Shown here piece after piece: positions 25,239 to 37,776 of a stretch of DNA of 64,000 nt. Source of the DNA: Centroscyllium fabricii (Eukaryota); assembly GCA_051313645.2 (NCBI GenBank), contig JBNRSN020000005.1:248248001-248312000 (forward strand), written 5' to 3'. The notes beneath the pieces were generated by a model. The model searched no databases and was not told where the DNA came from. It worked only from the letters and a program-made list of their open reading frames with translations. A program made the translations under genes and the position numbers. How positions within the stretch are numbered: position 1 is the first letter of the stretch; every line of letters begins with the position of its first letter.

Positions 25239-26652
25239 CCAGTGCCAACTGCACCCCAATTCTTTATATTGTGGCTCAGTTTGAACCATTAAAATGACAA
25301 CCACGAGAAATATGGTGGAACTACAAGCAGAAAAATCAGTAAGCATAAGGAAATGATGTAACATGATTAACACAGGCAGTTTGTTTGGAACAGGAAATAG
25401 TTCGAAGGGAAAAGCCCTGTTTCAGCAGGTTCTGATAAATCAGTGTGAATTGACTATGCCTCAGCACATTGTAATGGAAATGTATATTTTGAAGTGGTTT
25501 ATGGTAAAGCTTCTCCAAAGCAGCTTATTTATATGGCAATGAAAACAGTTGGTGTGTAAATAAACACAAGTCATTCTGATTGATCTGAACCACTGTTCAA
25601 ACTGCAATTAAGTTTCTTACAGCTTGGCAAGGAAGGCCTAATGAACTGAAGCATTTTAATGGATGCCTTTTCATGTTTTGCTCTTGGTCATAAAACTCAG
25701 TGGCTGTGGGCCCGATAATAAGTTGAGCCGGGAAAATAATCTGGGTGGGGTGGAGAAGGATATTCATCCGAAAAACCTGGAGGTCCTGCAGAGTTTAGCA
25801 ACAGGTTGGCTGTGTGTCAGGCTGGTAAGCAGTCATGTAGTGGATGTCCAGTAAGTCCGACACTGCGATGGGGGTTGGTTGGTGGGAGTCAGACATTGCA
25901 GGGGAGTGAATGGGACACTACGGGGGGAGAGGTGAAGGGGAATCAGATGACACGGGAGAGGTGAGGGGAGTCGGACATCGGGGGAGTTGGGGGTGGGGTT
26001 GGCAGGAGTCCCATCACGGGGTGTTTAAAAGATAAGCTTGGTGAGTTGGGGGAAGCACTCCTGCTCCTCCCAGCCCACAAGCAGTGCAACAAAGGCACTT
26101 ACCTCATGGATCCGGCCCTTCGGGCTTCCAGTTATCTTATGGGATTCCCAAGGCTGAGGAATCCTGGACTGCAGGTGTAAAAACTAAAGCTTGTGCCACA
26201 CAGCCTCCTCGATGTTCGTGACCGAGTTGCCACCTGAGAGCGTGTTGGTTGAACACTCCCTACCCCGAACCGCCTCCATTAAAACCGGAAGTGGATGGGT
26301 TGGAAGTAGGCTTCCCGTTGTTTTTTATTTTTAACCCCACACCCACCTCCTGCCCCAACTGCCCTGGGGGGTTAAAACTACCCCCATGTAATGTCTTTAA
26401 GGTGGTATATTACTGAGCTTGCAGTAATGCCTGTATTTAAGAGCTATGATAGCTTTTACTTTAAAAACAACTTGCACCAATGGACTATAGGCCATCGTTG
26501 CTGTCTTCAGTGGCTGGCATCAGCATAGTGGATGCCCTGTTACTCTCATGTTCTGTACTTTATGTTCTTTGACTTTAAAAAGCTGATTAAAAAAAATACT
26601 GTCCAGGAATGGACTTTATACATTTTAGCAGCAATATTCGCAGGTTGCCAAG

Positions 26653-28878
26653 ATGGAGAGTGAAGTAGTTGACTCAGAGACTAGGGTCCTGAATTTAAAC
26701 AAAAGAAACTACAATGGCATGAGGTGCGAGTTGTGTAGGATGGATTGGGGAATGTTACTCAAAGGGTTGAGGGTGGATAGGCAATGGCAAACATTTAAAG
26801 ATCGCATGGATAAATTACAGAATTTGTTCATCCCTGTTTGGCATAAAAATAAAACAAAAAGGGTGACTCAACCCTGGCTAACAAGGGGAATTAGGGATAG
26901 CATAAGATCCAAGGAGAGGACATATAAATTGGCCAGAAAAAGCAGCAAACATGAGGATTTGGAGCAGTATAGGATTCAGCAAAGGAGGACAAAGGGATTA
27001 ATTTCGAGGGGGAAAATAGAATATGAGAGTAAGCTTGCAGGGAACATAAAAACTGACTGTAAAAGCTTCTATAGATATGTGAAGAGAAAAAGATTGGTGA
27101 AGTCAAGCATAGGTCGCTTGCAGTCAGAATCAAGGGAATTTATAATGGGGAACAAAGAAATGGAAGACCAATTAAATACATACTTTGCTTCTGTCTCAAC
27201 ACAGGAGGACACATATAACCTCCCAGAGATGTCGGGGAACATAGGGTCTAATGAGAGGGAGGAACTGAATAAAATCAGTATTTGTAGGGAAATGGTGTTA
27301 GGGAAATTGATGGGATTGAAAGCTGATAAATCCCCAGGGCGTGATAATCTACATCCTAGGGTACTTAAGGAAGTGGCCCTAGAAATAGTAGTCAGCTTCC
27401 AAAATTCTATAGAATCTGGAACAGTTCCCATGGATTGTAGGGTAGCTAATGTTACCCCACTATTCAAAAAAGTGGTAGAGAGAAAACGGGTAATTATAGA
27501 CCGGTAAGCCTGACATCGGTAGTGGGGAAAATGCTAGAGTGCATTATAAAAGCTGTAATAGCAGAGCACTTGGAAAACAGTGACAGGATTGGACAAAGTC
27601 AATATGGATTTACAAAAGGTAAATCGTGCTTGACTAATCTACTGGAATTTTTCGAGGATGTAACTGGTAGAATAGATAAGGGAGAACCAGTGAATGTGGT
27701 GTATTTGGACTTTCAGAAGGATTTCGATAAGGTCCCCCATAAGAGATTAGCGTGTAAAGTTAAGGCACATGGGATTGGGGGCAAGGTACTGTCTTGGGTA
27801 GAGAACTGGTTGGCAGACAGGAAGCAAAGAGTTGGAATAAACGGGTCTTTTTCCAAGTGGCAGGCAGTGACTAGTGGGGTACCACAGCAGGGATCGGTCC
27901 TAGGACCCCAGCTATTCACAATATATATTAATGATCTAGATGAGGGAACTAGATGTAATATCTCCAAGTTTGCAGATGACACAAAGCTGGGTGGGCATGT
28001 GTGCTTTGAGGAGGATGCCAAGAAACTCCAGTATGATGTGGACAGGTTGGGTGATTGGGCAGATGCATAGCAGATGCAGTGTAATGTGGATAAATGCGAG
28101 GTTATCCACTTTGGTGGCAAAACAGGAAGGCAGATTATTATCTGAATTGCAACAGATTGGGAGAAGGGGAAGTGCAACGAGACCTGGGTGTCCTTGCAGG
28201 TGAAGCAGGCAGTTAAGAAGGCAAATGGTATGTTGGCCTTCGTAGCGAAAGGGTTCGAGTACAGGAATAAGGATGTCTTGCTGCAGTTGTACAGGGCCTT
28301 GTTGAGACCACACCTTGAGTATTGTGTGCCGTTTTGGTCACCTTATCTGAGGAAGGATGTTCTTGCCATGGAAGGAATTCAGCGAAGATTCACCAGACTG
28401 ATACCTGGGATGGCAGGAATGACGTATGAGGAGAGATTGGGTCGATTGGGCTTATACTCGCTGGAGTTTAGAAGAATGAGAGGGGATCTCATTGAAACTT
28501 ATAAAATTCTAACAGGACTAGACAGACTAGATGCAGGAAGGATGTTCCCGATGGCGGGGGAGTCCAGAACCAGGGGTCACAGTCTAAGGATAAGGGGTAA
28601 GCCATTTAGGACATAGATGGGGAGGAATTTCTTCACGCAGAGAGTGGTGAACCTGTGCAATTCTCCACCACAGAAGACAGTTGAGGCCAATTCATTAAAT
28701 ATATTCAAGAAGGAGTTAGATATATTTCTTAAGGCTAAAGGGATCAAGGGATATGGGGAGAAGGCAGGGACAGGGTACTGAATTTGGTTGATCTGCCATG
28801 ATCTCATTGAATGGCGGAGCGGGCTCAAGGGGCCGCATGGCCTACTCCTGCTCTTATCTTCTATGTTTCTATGTTTCT
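26653..28878 (+). mobile_element. 5'-truncated CR1 LINE
   Basis: [37 protein letters not shown]; 3' UTR and (CTATGTTT)n tail. Confidence 0.94.
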
Positions 28879-29448
28879 AGTGTGTAGTGGGCAGTTTGTC
28901 CATAATATTGAGTTCAGGAGTTATGGGGAGGGGATTGTATGACATAGATGCACTAAATCCCCAGTAAGTTTCCATTCCAGGTCAGATCCTGACACCTATT
29001 TTTTGTTACCACATTTGAATTAAATGCCAGAAAAGAAAGTAATTGAGACAAAGTAAAAAGTTATCACTTGGTATGGCTAGGTCACATGTTATGGTGAAGA
29101 TAATATAGCATGTTGTATACAGTCTCACCAATATACATAGTTCGGCCTGTTTCAGTAAGAGCCATTCTTTGAAAGTGAAGCAAAACAATTTGAGGCAAAG
29201 AAAAACTCCATTTTCATATGCAGCAAGTTTAAGTTGCTGGATGACACACTGCCTTGTTTCCGAAGCTGCAGAAAAAGCCCAGAATTATCGCAAGCCATTT
29301 TCTTCCAGTGCTCAAACAGGTGTTTAACTAAGCCATTAGGATGGCTGAAAGCTGGAATTTACAGAACTCTGAAGTATGTCCCTAGGCTGAAATAGTAATA
29401 TAGACCAAATCAACAGTTTGCAGGCTGAACTAAATAAGTTAGGGGAGA

Positions 29449-29766
29449 GGGCGGCACGGTGGCATAGTGGTTAGCACTGTTGCCTCACAGCGCCAGGGGC
29501 CCGGGTTCAAATCCGGCCTCGGGTGACTATCTGTGTGCAGTTTGCACATTCTCACCGTGTCTGCGTGGGTTTCCTCCGGATGCTCCGGTTTCCTCCCACA
29601 GTTCAAAGGTGCACGGGTTAGGTTGATTGGCCAGGATAAATTGACCCTTAGTGTTAGGGGGATTGAATATGTGGGGTTACGGGGATAGGGTGGGATATGT
29701 GTCAGTGCAGGCTCGATGGGCCGAAATGGCCTCTATCTGCACTGTAGGGATTCTATGATTCTATGA
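29449..29766 (+). mobile_element. HE1-like SINE (short tail)
   Basis: A/B boxes and V core, ending CTGCACTGTAGGGATTCTATGATTCTATG. Confidence 0.92.
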
Positions 29767-29769
29767 AAG

Positions 29770-30750
29770 GACCCATGCGTGGCAGATATTCTTAGTGTCA
29801 TAAACTTAGGGTAGAGATATTCCAGGAAAGTTTATACTATGTGGGGGTTCCTACTATGGGTAATGGATTAAGAAAGGGATCTGGGGTGATTCTTGATCAC
29901 TCATTAAAAGTATACACAAACAATGTGAGGTGGCTAAAGGGAAAACAAATGGAGTTTTAGGTTGTGCAGCTAGGACCACCGAGTATAAAATAAAGAGCAC
30001 TGTACTCAGGCTTTGACACTTCTGCACAGAGTATTTTGTCCAGTTTAAGTCGCAACACGTGCAGGATACTGAGGCTCTGGAGAAGGTGCAGAGGAGTGTG
30101 ACGAGAATGATAACTAGCCTTTGAGCTCTTGTTGTCAGGATAAGCTCCAAGAGTTAGGACTGTTTCCTTTAGAGAAACACAGGCTAAGAGGGAATATGAT
30201 TGCGGTTTATAAAATGATGATGGTGGATTTATTCAGATCGGATAGATTATTTCAGCTGGATAGAGATTGTAGGACTAGAGGGAATGCATATAAACTAAAA
30301 TTAGTTAGGTTAGCTGTCAGGAAGTACAGGTACACAATCCTTTATCCGCAACTCCAAAAACCGAAAAACGTTTTGGAGCACAAACCTAAATCTAATCAGG
30401 GCTTGAGGCCTACACTGGGTTTCCAGCCCACCCACAGGTACAATTCCTCCTCGATTCCACAATCTCCTGCTGCCTCCCGGGAGCATCTCTTCAATTTCAG
30501 AGGACAGCAATGCGCCTGCGCACTGGGTAGCCAACATGGCAATGCGCCTGCACGTGCACAGAGCGCCATTCCGTGCCTGCGCACTGGGCCGCCAACACGA
30601 CCATCTGAAAACCGAAATTATCTGAAATCCGAGACCCGTCCGGTCCCAAGGGTTTCGGATAAAGGATTGTGTACCTGTAGTTCTTTTCATAGGTAGTCAT
30701 CATCCTGTGCAACAGACTACCTGCATATGTGGTGGGTATGTGGGGGTGAA
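29770..30750 (+). mobile_element. Old CR1 relic interrupted by a Tigger MITE
   Basis: ALEKVQR and LQELGLFPLEKHRLRGNMIAVYKMM remnants. Confidence 0.7.
30327..30677. mobile_element. Tigger/pogo MITE
   Basis: Perfect TIR CAGGTACACAATCCTTTATCCG, TA TSD. Confidence 0.93.
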
Positions 30751-31105
30751 TATGTTCAGGGCTTTGACTAGTTTCACTCCCATGTATATTGGCGTCTGGA
30801 CAATAAGTCTAATTGGCTTCTTACCTTTGCCCGTCCCATTGTTGGCTGACGTTAACCTTTCACGATTGGGCATTATTGAACACAGTAAACATTTCCATCC
30901 AAGTCTATGACTGACCAGTATTTAACACCTCATTGTGTGACATTTCCTCTAAAGCCCAGGCTATGAATAAAATCACATTTTATATTTTCTGTCTTTCAAA
31001 GCTATTACATTTAAACCATAATTTTCAAACCCATTCTAACCAAATGTCTTCCCATCAGTAGTGGGGCCGAAGAAGATTGGATTTCTGGTTATTATGAGTG
31101 CCATC

Positions 31106-31119
31106 CTGCCCTCTGGTGG
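31106..31119 (-). promoter_or_regulatory. Candidate CTCF site
   Basis: CCACCAGAGGGCAG on the minus strand matches the CTCF core, in apparently unique AT-rich sequence. Motif match only. Confidence 0.45.
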
Positions 31120-31460
31120 ATTTATCTAAGCTCAGGAAATGTCTCCCTTCTATAACAGTTAAAGTCTGAAGCCTACGAGTAGACTGTGCACTGATACTGT
31201 TACTGGCAAACAGAGAAGTACATTACACCAGCTGATGATACCATACATGGTAATTACCAGCAGGAAAATCATATATTGAATTTCTTTATTGAGAATTAAA
31301 CTTGAATGATATAGTGAATTTCAATATACTTATCAATGGAAGGAGACTCATGTGGAGCATAAACACCAGCATAGATTAGTTGGGCCAAATGGCCTGTTTC
31401 TGTGCTGTATATTCTATGTAACTTATTATGTTAAGTGATACCCGTATAGTACCTAATTAA

Positions 31461-31774
31461 TGGCACGGTGGCATAGTGGTTAGCACTGTTGCCTCACAGC
31501 GCTAGGGTTCCGGGTTCAAATCCAGCCTCGGGTACTATCTGTGTGGAGTTTGCACATTCTCCCCGTGTCTGCGTGGGTTTCCTCCGGGTGCTCCGGTTTC
31601 CTCCCACAGTCCAAAGATGTGCGGGTTAGGTTGATTGGCCAGGATAAATTGACCCTTAGTGTTAGGGGGACTAAATATGTGGGGTTACGGGGATAGGGTG
31701 GGATATGTGTCGGTACAGGCTCGATGGGCCGAAATGGCCTCTATCTGCACTGTAGGGATTCTATGATTCTATGA
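31461..31774 (+). mobile_element. HE1-like SINE (short tail)
   Basis: Near-identical to 29449-29766. Confidence 0.92.
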
Positions 31775-33510
31775 TGCAAGGAGGCTTCAAAGGGATACAG
31801 ACAGGATACGTGAGTGGGCAAGAACATGGCAAATGTAATTTAATGTGAAGAAATGTGAAGTTATCCACTTTGGTAGGAAAAATAGAAAAGCAGAGTATTT
31901 TTTAAATGGTGCAAGATTGGGAAATGTTGGTGTTCAGAGAGACCTCGGTGTCCTTATACACGAATCACTGAGGGTGGGGGGGATTTTTGCAAAGGTATGG
32001 GAACCTGGCGGGTTTTGGGTGAATCAGGTTTCTGTCCCGAATGTCTAAGGGCCTGGGAGCCCCACGCAATTTTGGCTCAATTGGCCAATTAATTGCCTGC
32101 ATGTGGGAAGCCCCTGCCAAGTGAAGGATTCCAGTCAGAAAGCAGCGGACTGCAGATGAGATCCGGAGGTTTGATTGACACTTTGAAGGACTGTGTGTTG
32201 TTAGTTTCTATGGAAACAGTCTATTGTGACATCACAATGGAGTGCAACCAATCTCAAAGCCCAAGTGGGTTGAGTGACAGGTCTAAGGACTTGCTGGAGA
32301 CCTTTCACAGTTTGGAGTCGTCTCTCTATGAAGCATTGCAGCATCTGTCAAGGTAAGCGTTTTGAGGGTTTTCTTCACAGCTGCTCCTCAGACAAGGGAG
32401 TCACTTACACCTCCAGGGTGTTGAAGGCCTGGAAGGCATTCTGCTGTAGGTCCTTCAATGCCTTGAAGGTGAAAGTGACCAAGCCAACTGAGATCCCGCT
32501 AGGTTTCACCGGCGGGGTTTCAGGATGGCGGGGTATGGGTGGGAAGGGCTCAAAAATCGTGAGGGGCCCTTAAAATGGGATTACCCATGGCAATTAAGAG
32601 CTCAATGATCAACCCTGCTGGTGGCGCATGGGAACAATTCGGGCCGGCTAGATATGCCGGCCGAAAACCACGAAGCGGCGGGGATCCGGCGGGAGGAGTC
32701 GGGACCGCCCCGGGTTCGGGATTTTAAGCCCCGCCCCACTGGAAACCTGCCCTCACGGCCCAAGGAAAATCCCCCCTGAAAGTTAGTATGCAGGTACAAC
32801 AAGCAATTAGGAAAGCAAATGGTCTGTTGGCCGTTATTACAAAAGGATTTGAGTGTAAGAGTAAAGACGTCTTACTGCAATTATATATGCAAACGTCACA
32901 CAACACCAGATTTATAGTCCAACGGTTTTATTTTATGCAATTATATATGGCTCTGGTGTGACCACACCTGGAGTACTGTGTACAGTTTCGGCCTCCTTAC
33001 CTAAGGAAGAATATACAGGGTACTTGCCACAGAGGGAGTGCAACGAAGGTTCATCAGACTGGTTCCTGGGATGGGGGGATTGTCATATGAGGACAGATTG
33101 AGTAGACAAGGCCTATATTCTCTAGAGTTTAAAAGAATAAGAGGTGATCTGATTGAAACATACAGAATTCTTGCAGGGCATGACAAGGTAGATGCAGGGA
33201 TTTGTTTCCCCTGGCTGGGGAGTCTAGAACCAGGGGTCAAAGTCTCTGAATAGGGGTCTGCCATTTAGAACTGAGATGAGGAGAAAATTCTTCACTCAGA
33301 GGGTGGTGAATCTTTGGAATTCTCTACCCTAGAGGGCTATGGAGGCTCAGTTGTTGAGTATAGATTTTTGAATATTAAGGGAATCAAGGGATATGGGGAT
33401 AGTACAGGAAAGCGGAGATGCGGTAGAAGATCAGCCATGATCTTATTAAATGGCAGAGCAGGCTCGAAGGGCCAAATGGCCGACTCCTGCTCCTATTTCT
33501 TATGTTCTTA
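31775..33510 (+). mobile_element. CR1 3' part interrupted by a MITE
   Basis: KCEVIHFGRKN, QRDLGV, LYSLEFKRIRGDLIE, 3' tail. Confidence 0.9.
31972..32776. mobile_element. PIF/Harbinger-type MITE (second family)
   Basis: GGGGGATTTT / AAAATCCCCCC ends, TGA TSD. Homologous to 35198-36130. Confidence 0.85.
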
Positions 33511-34797
33511 TAACAGTAGAATTGCTATCAACCTCCAATGTGAGTCATGCATGACATTAAAATCTTGTCTTCCATGTTTAATACCACCCACTGCAATCAG
33601 TCTAATGCTCAACAATGTCAGTTATCAGTTGCTAACCTTTACCCATCCAACTTTCAGGCTGATTGTGCAAAAACAGTGTTTCATCCTCACCTTCAGTGAG
33701 CTGTGACGATAGAGAGAAGGAGGTCACAGCTGAGTTCAGTCATTGATTTGAGAGCTTTACACAGTACAAAATACATGTGGAGCGCTGCTCAAATTTGAGA
33801 GCAATTCACTTCAAAACAAGCCACATTTTTAAGCCCAGAAGTGTATCTTCATTCTTACTGAGTGACACTGGTCGAACTGCTGCACTTGGACTATAAATTA
33901 TGGGGGCTCATTTTCATTACCCACTGCCCAACTTGCGCTTAAAAACAGGGCAGTAGCAGGACCAAAATAGCATATGAAACGAAAGCACAGATTACCACTT
34001 TTGAGGCAGACATCGATTTAGGCAACCGAGGATTCCCCTCTACTGTGGTTCACATGGCCCTCGACCATGTCCGTTCTATCTCCCGCACTTCTGCCCTCAC
34101 CCCTGCCCCACCCTCCCGGAACCACGATAGGGTTCCCCTTGTCCTCACCTATTACCCCACCAGCCTCCACATTCAACGGATCATCCGCCGCCGTTTCCGC
34201 CACCTCCAGCGTGATCCCACCACCAGACTGTGTCTTCCCATCACCTCCCCTTTCAGCATTCTGTAGGGACCGCTCCCTCTGCGACACCCTAGTCCACTCC
34301 TCTACCACCTCCAGCACCCCTTCCCCTTCGCCCGGCACCTTCCCGTGAAAGCGCAGGAGATGCAACACATGCCCTTATACCTCCCCCTTTCCCGCTGTCC
34401 AGGGCCCCAAACACCCCTTCCAGGTGAAACAGCGATTTACGTGTACTTCTTGCAATTTAGTATACTGCATTTGCTGCTCACGATGTGATCTCCTCGACAT
34501 TGGGGAGACCAAACACAGATTGGGTGACCACTTTGCGGAACACCTCCGTTCAGTCCGTAAGTGGGATCCCGAGCTCCCGGTGGCCTCTCACTTTAATTCT
34601 CCACTCCACTTCCATTCAGACCTCACCGTCTGCAGCCTCTTGCATTGTTCCACGGAAGCTCAGTATAAGCTCGAGGAACAGCACCTCATCTTTTGCTTAG
34701 GCACTCTACAGCCCTCTGGACTAAACATAGAGTTCAACAATTTCAGATCATAACCTCAGCCCCTATCACATATTTATATATATACACCTGTATATAG

Positions 34798-35058
34798 TGT
34801 TGTAAAATATGACTTCCTAAATAATCTAGGAAGAGTTATTGGTTGGACTTCCAAACAACCTAGGAACAGTTACTGGTTGGCCAGCTGAGGGCACCTGACC
34901 AGGAAGTATAAATACTGGGATTTATGCACCAGTTGAACAGAGACACTCTGAAACTTGGAGGCTAGTGACTGAACTAGCTTACTGTCTTTGTTGGATTATA
35001 AGTTGAATAAAGCCTTGCTTTATATTCACTAAAAGCTTGGTAAGTCTTTATTACATCA
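34798..35058 (+). mobile_element. Solo LTR nested in the Penelope element
   Basis: TG...CA ends, TATAAA and AATAAA, TATAG TSD (34793-97, 35059-63). Confidence 0.87.
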
Positions 35059-35197
35059 TATAGTTTCTCCTTTTTTTTAATCCACACTTTCGTCTGGGCT
35101 TTTTTCTTTTTTCTTCTCTCTGCCAGAGACATTCACACTTCATCCAGAGCTATCCTGTGTTTCTTGAATATCTCTTAAAGTCTCTCAATGTCTCTTA

Positions 35198-36130
35198 GGG
35201 GAGGATTTTCGCAAAGGTGTGAGACTGGTGGGTTTTGAGTGTGTCAGTTTTCTGACACGAATGTTTGAGGGCCTGCGAAACCCATGCAATTTTTGGCGTA
35301 ATTGGCCAATTAATTGCCTGCGTGTGGGAAGCCCCTGCCAATACACAATTTCCAGTCGGAAAGCAGCGGCCTGCAGATGACAGCCAGAGGTTTGATTGGC
35401 AGTTCTAGGGACTGTGTGTTGTTAGTTTCTATGGAAACAGTCCATTGTGACATCACAATGGAGTGCAACCAATCTCAAAGCCTAAATGGTTTGAGTGACA
35501 GGTCTAAGGACATGCTGCAAAGCTTTCACAGTGAGGGGCCGTCTCTCTATGAAGCAGTGCAGCATCTGTGAAGGTAAGTCTTTTCAGTGTTTTCTCCACA
35601 GCTGGTCTTCACCCAAGGGAGTCACTTACACCTCCTGGAAGGCATTCTGCTGTAGGTCCTTCAATGCCTTGAAGGTGAAAGTGACCAAGGCGACTGAGAT
35701 CCTGCTAGCTTTCACCGGCGGGGTTTCAGGATGGTGGGGAATGGGTGGGAAGGCCTTTAGAATCACGAGGGACCCTTAATTAACATGGGTGGTGGGCGGG
35801 AAATATTTGGAACGGCTGGACACGCCGCCCGAAAACCACAAAACTTTTTCTGGTTTGCCGTTAACTCCAGAGTCACAAGGCAGACCTGACCAGAATCAGC
35901 ACAATCAGACCAGAGCGACGCAATGCCAGTCCCACCCACCGCCAACTAGATGGCCATCTGGTAATTGGGAGGGCCGAGGTGGTCCCAGGAAACCTAAACA
36001 AACAATGGGCGGAGTGCCCAGTACAGTTGCTGGGATGGATCCGGTGGGAGGGGTCAGGACCCCACGGTTTAGGGACTTTAGGCCGCACCCTGCCGGAAAC
36101 CCGCCTTCATGGCCCGAAGAAAATCCCCCC
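35198..36130. mobile_element. PIF/Harbinger-type MITE (second family) nested in the Penelope element
   Basis: GGGGAGGATTTTC / GAAAATCCCCCC ends. Homologous to 31972-32776. Confidence 0.82.
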
Positions 36131-36259
36131 CCACCCCACTATCTCTCCTGTTTCTGATCTTATCGCTGATCTTCCCTTTTGTTCTTTCACCCCCCCTCCC
36201 CCTTTCCCCAACCCCTACTTGCTTTAAAATCTATTCCCCTCCCCGGGTTTTTTTTTTCC

Positions 36260-36296
36260 AGTTCTGATGAAAGGTCATCGGCCGGAAACGTTAACT
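36260..36296 (+). ncRNA. Minimal type I hammerhead ribozyme motif (PLE-associated)
   Basis: AGTT-CTGATGA-AA-GGTC ATC GGCC-G-GAAAC-GTT-AACT: catalytic boxes, stem I (AGTT/AACT), stem II, and palindromic AACGTT in place of stem III. Confidence 0.75.
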
Positions 36297-36641
36297 CTGT
36301 TTCTCTCTCCACCGATGCTGCCTGGCCTGCTGAGTTTTCTCAACGTTTTCTGTTGTTATATTGATTTAGGCAGCCAGAGTTCCCTCTGGAAACAGGCAGA
36401 GCTTCACTAACATATGGCCTAAACTTACACTGGAAACAGGCTGAAGCCTCATTAATAATTGCAAATCAGTGAATCAGGGACAAATGACCTAGTTTTGACT
36501 CCCGGTGCCATTTTTGTCTCTGCTCATGTTGCTGCCATCAGTTCGTGCTCCTGCCTGCAAACCTCTGGCAGTGCAAGTCAGGGAGTAACCATTCCAGGGA
36601 TATTTAAAGGGGTCATCAGCTGCTCTCAAGTTTTGCTTGTA

Positions 36642-37093
36642 CAGGTTGAGCACGGTAATCCGACACCCAATGGTTCGGCTCCTTCAGTGGTTCAGCACAA
36701 ATGGAAACCGGCGGTCTTCAGTTTGTGGAGCAGCCGCTCGGCGGCGCCACAGTTTCCCGCAGAGGGTGGGCGAGCAACGAAGGCGTTGGGCATTTGGGTT
36801 ACTGTTTTTTTAGTGTTCTATCCCAGGGCTCCCTCCTGGGGAATGTTCTAGTCGCCCACGCCAGGCCCCGGGGAATGTTCCAAGAGTAAGGAATGGCGAG
36901 CTGCCAACATCACCGTGGAGAGTCTGGCACAATTCCAGGTTGGGTTTGAAGCTATGAAATCGGATGTTGTAGAGACCGGTTACGTTGCCATTGATGATGT
37001 TGATTATTACCTTGGAGTAAACCACCTTCGGAATTTTCAATGGTCCGGCACCAGCCTGGTCCCGAGGGTGCCGTATTAACGGTGCTCAACCTG
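36642..37093. mobile_element. Tigger/pogo MITE
   Basis: TIR CAGGTTGAGCAC / GTGCTCAACCTG, TA TSD. Confidence 0.88.
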
Positions 37094-37278
37094 TATTACA
37101 TTTGCTATCTTACTACTTTCAAAGTGCTTTTAGTTGTTGAACGTCACAAACTCTTACGGGGGTTCTGGAACACACTTTTTTCATCATGGGGATCCTTCTG
37201 GGAATTACACTCTGACAAGAGAAGCAGGGGCAGGAACAGGAGCACACAGAGCTGCAGCTGGAAGGAGACCAAATAGAT

Positions 37279-37686
37279 GGGCGGCATGGTGGCATAGTGG
37301 TTAACACTGCTGTCTCACAGCAGTAGAGACCCGGGTTCAAATCCGGCCTCGGGTGACTATCTGTGTGGAGTTTGCACATTCTCCCCGTGTCTGCGTAGGT
37401 TTCCTCCGGGTGCTCCGGTTTCCTCCCACAGTCCAAAGATGTGCGGGTTAGGTTGATTGGCCATGATAAATTGACCCTTAGTGTTAGGGGGATTGAATAT
37501 GTGGGGTTACGGGGATAGGGTGGGATATGTGTCGGTGCAGGCTCGATAGGGATCGAGCGATATGGGGAGAGGGTAGGGGCGGGGTACTGGGTTTGGATAA
37601 TCAGCCATGATCTCATTGAATGGCGGAGCAGGCTCGAGGGGCCGAATGCCGACTCCTGCTCCTATCTGCTATGATTCTATGTCTAT
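37279..37686 (+). mobile_element. HE1-like SINE (long CR1 tail)
   Basis: A/B boxes, V core and extended CR1 3' UTR tail. Confidence 0.9.
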
Positions 37687-37776
37687 AGTGGTACACTCGC
37701 AGGGATCCTTACCCTCCCAACAACGTTTATAGACCCAGGACAAGATACCTGCAGTTCTCTGAGGAACAGTACATAT

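Larger units (their letters stand above)
34025..36362 (+). mobile_element. Penelope-like element, 3' part (GIY-YIG endonuclease and terminal region)
   Basis: RVPLVLTY; FTCTSCNLVYCICCSRC..DIGETKHRL...HFN...GLNIEF. TSD GATTTAGGCA at 34015-24 and 36363-72. Confidence 0.9.

Noticed and set aside
29449-29530. tRNA genes at A/B-box sequences
   Set aside because: They continue into SINE bodies and LINE tails and occur as diverged copies.
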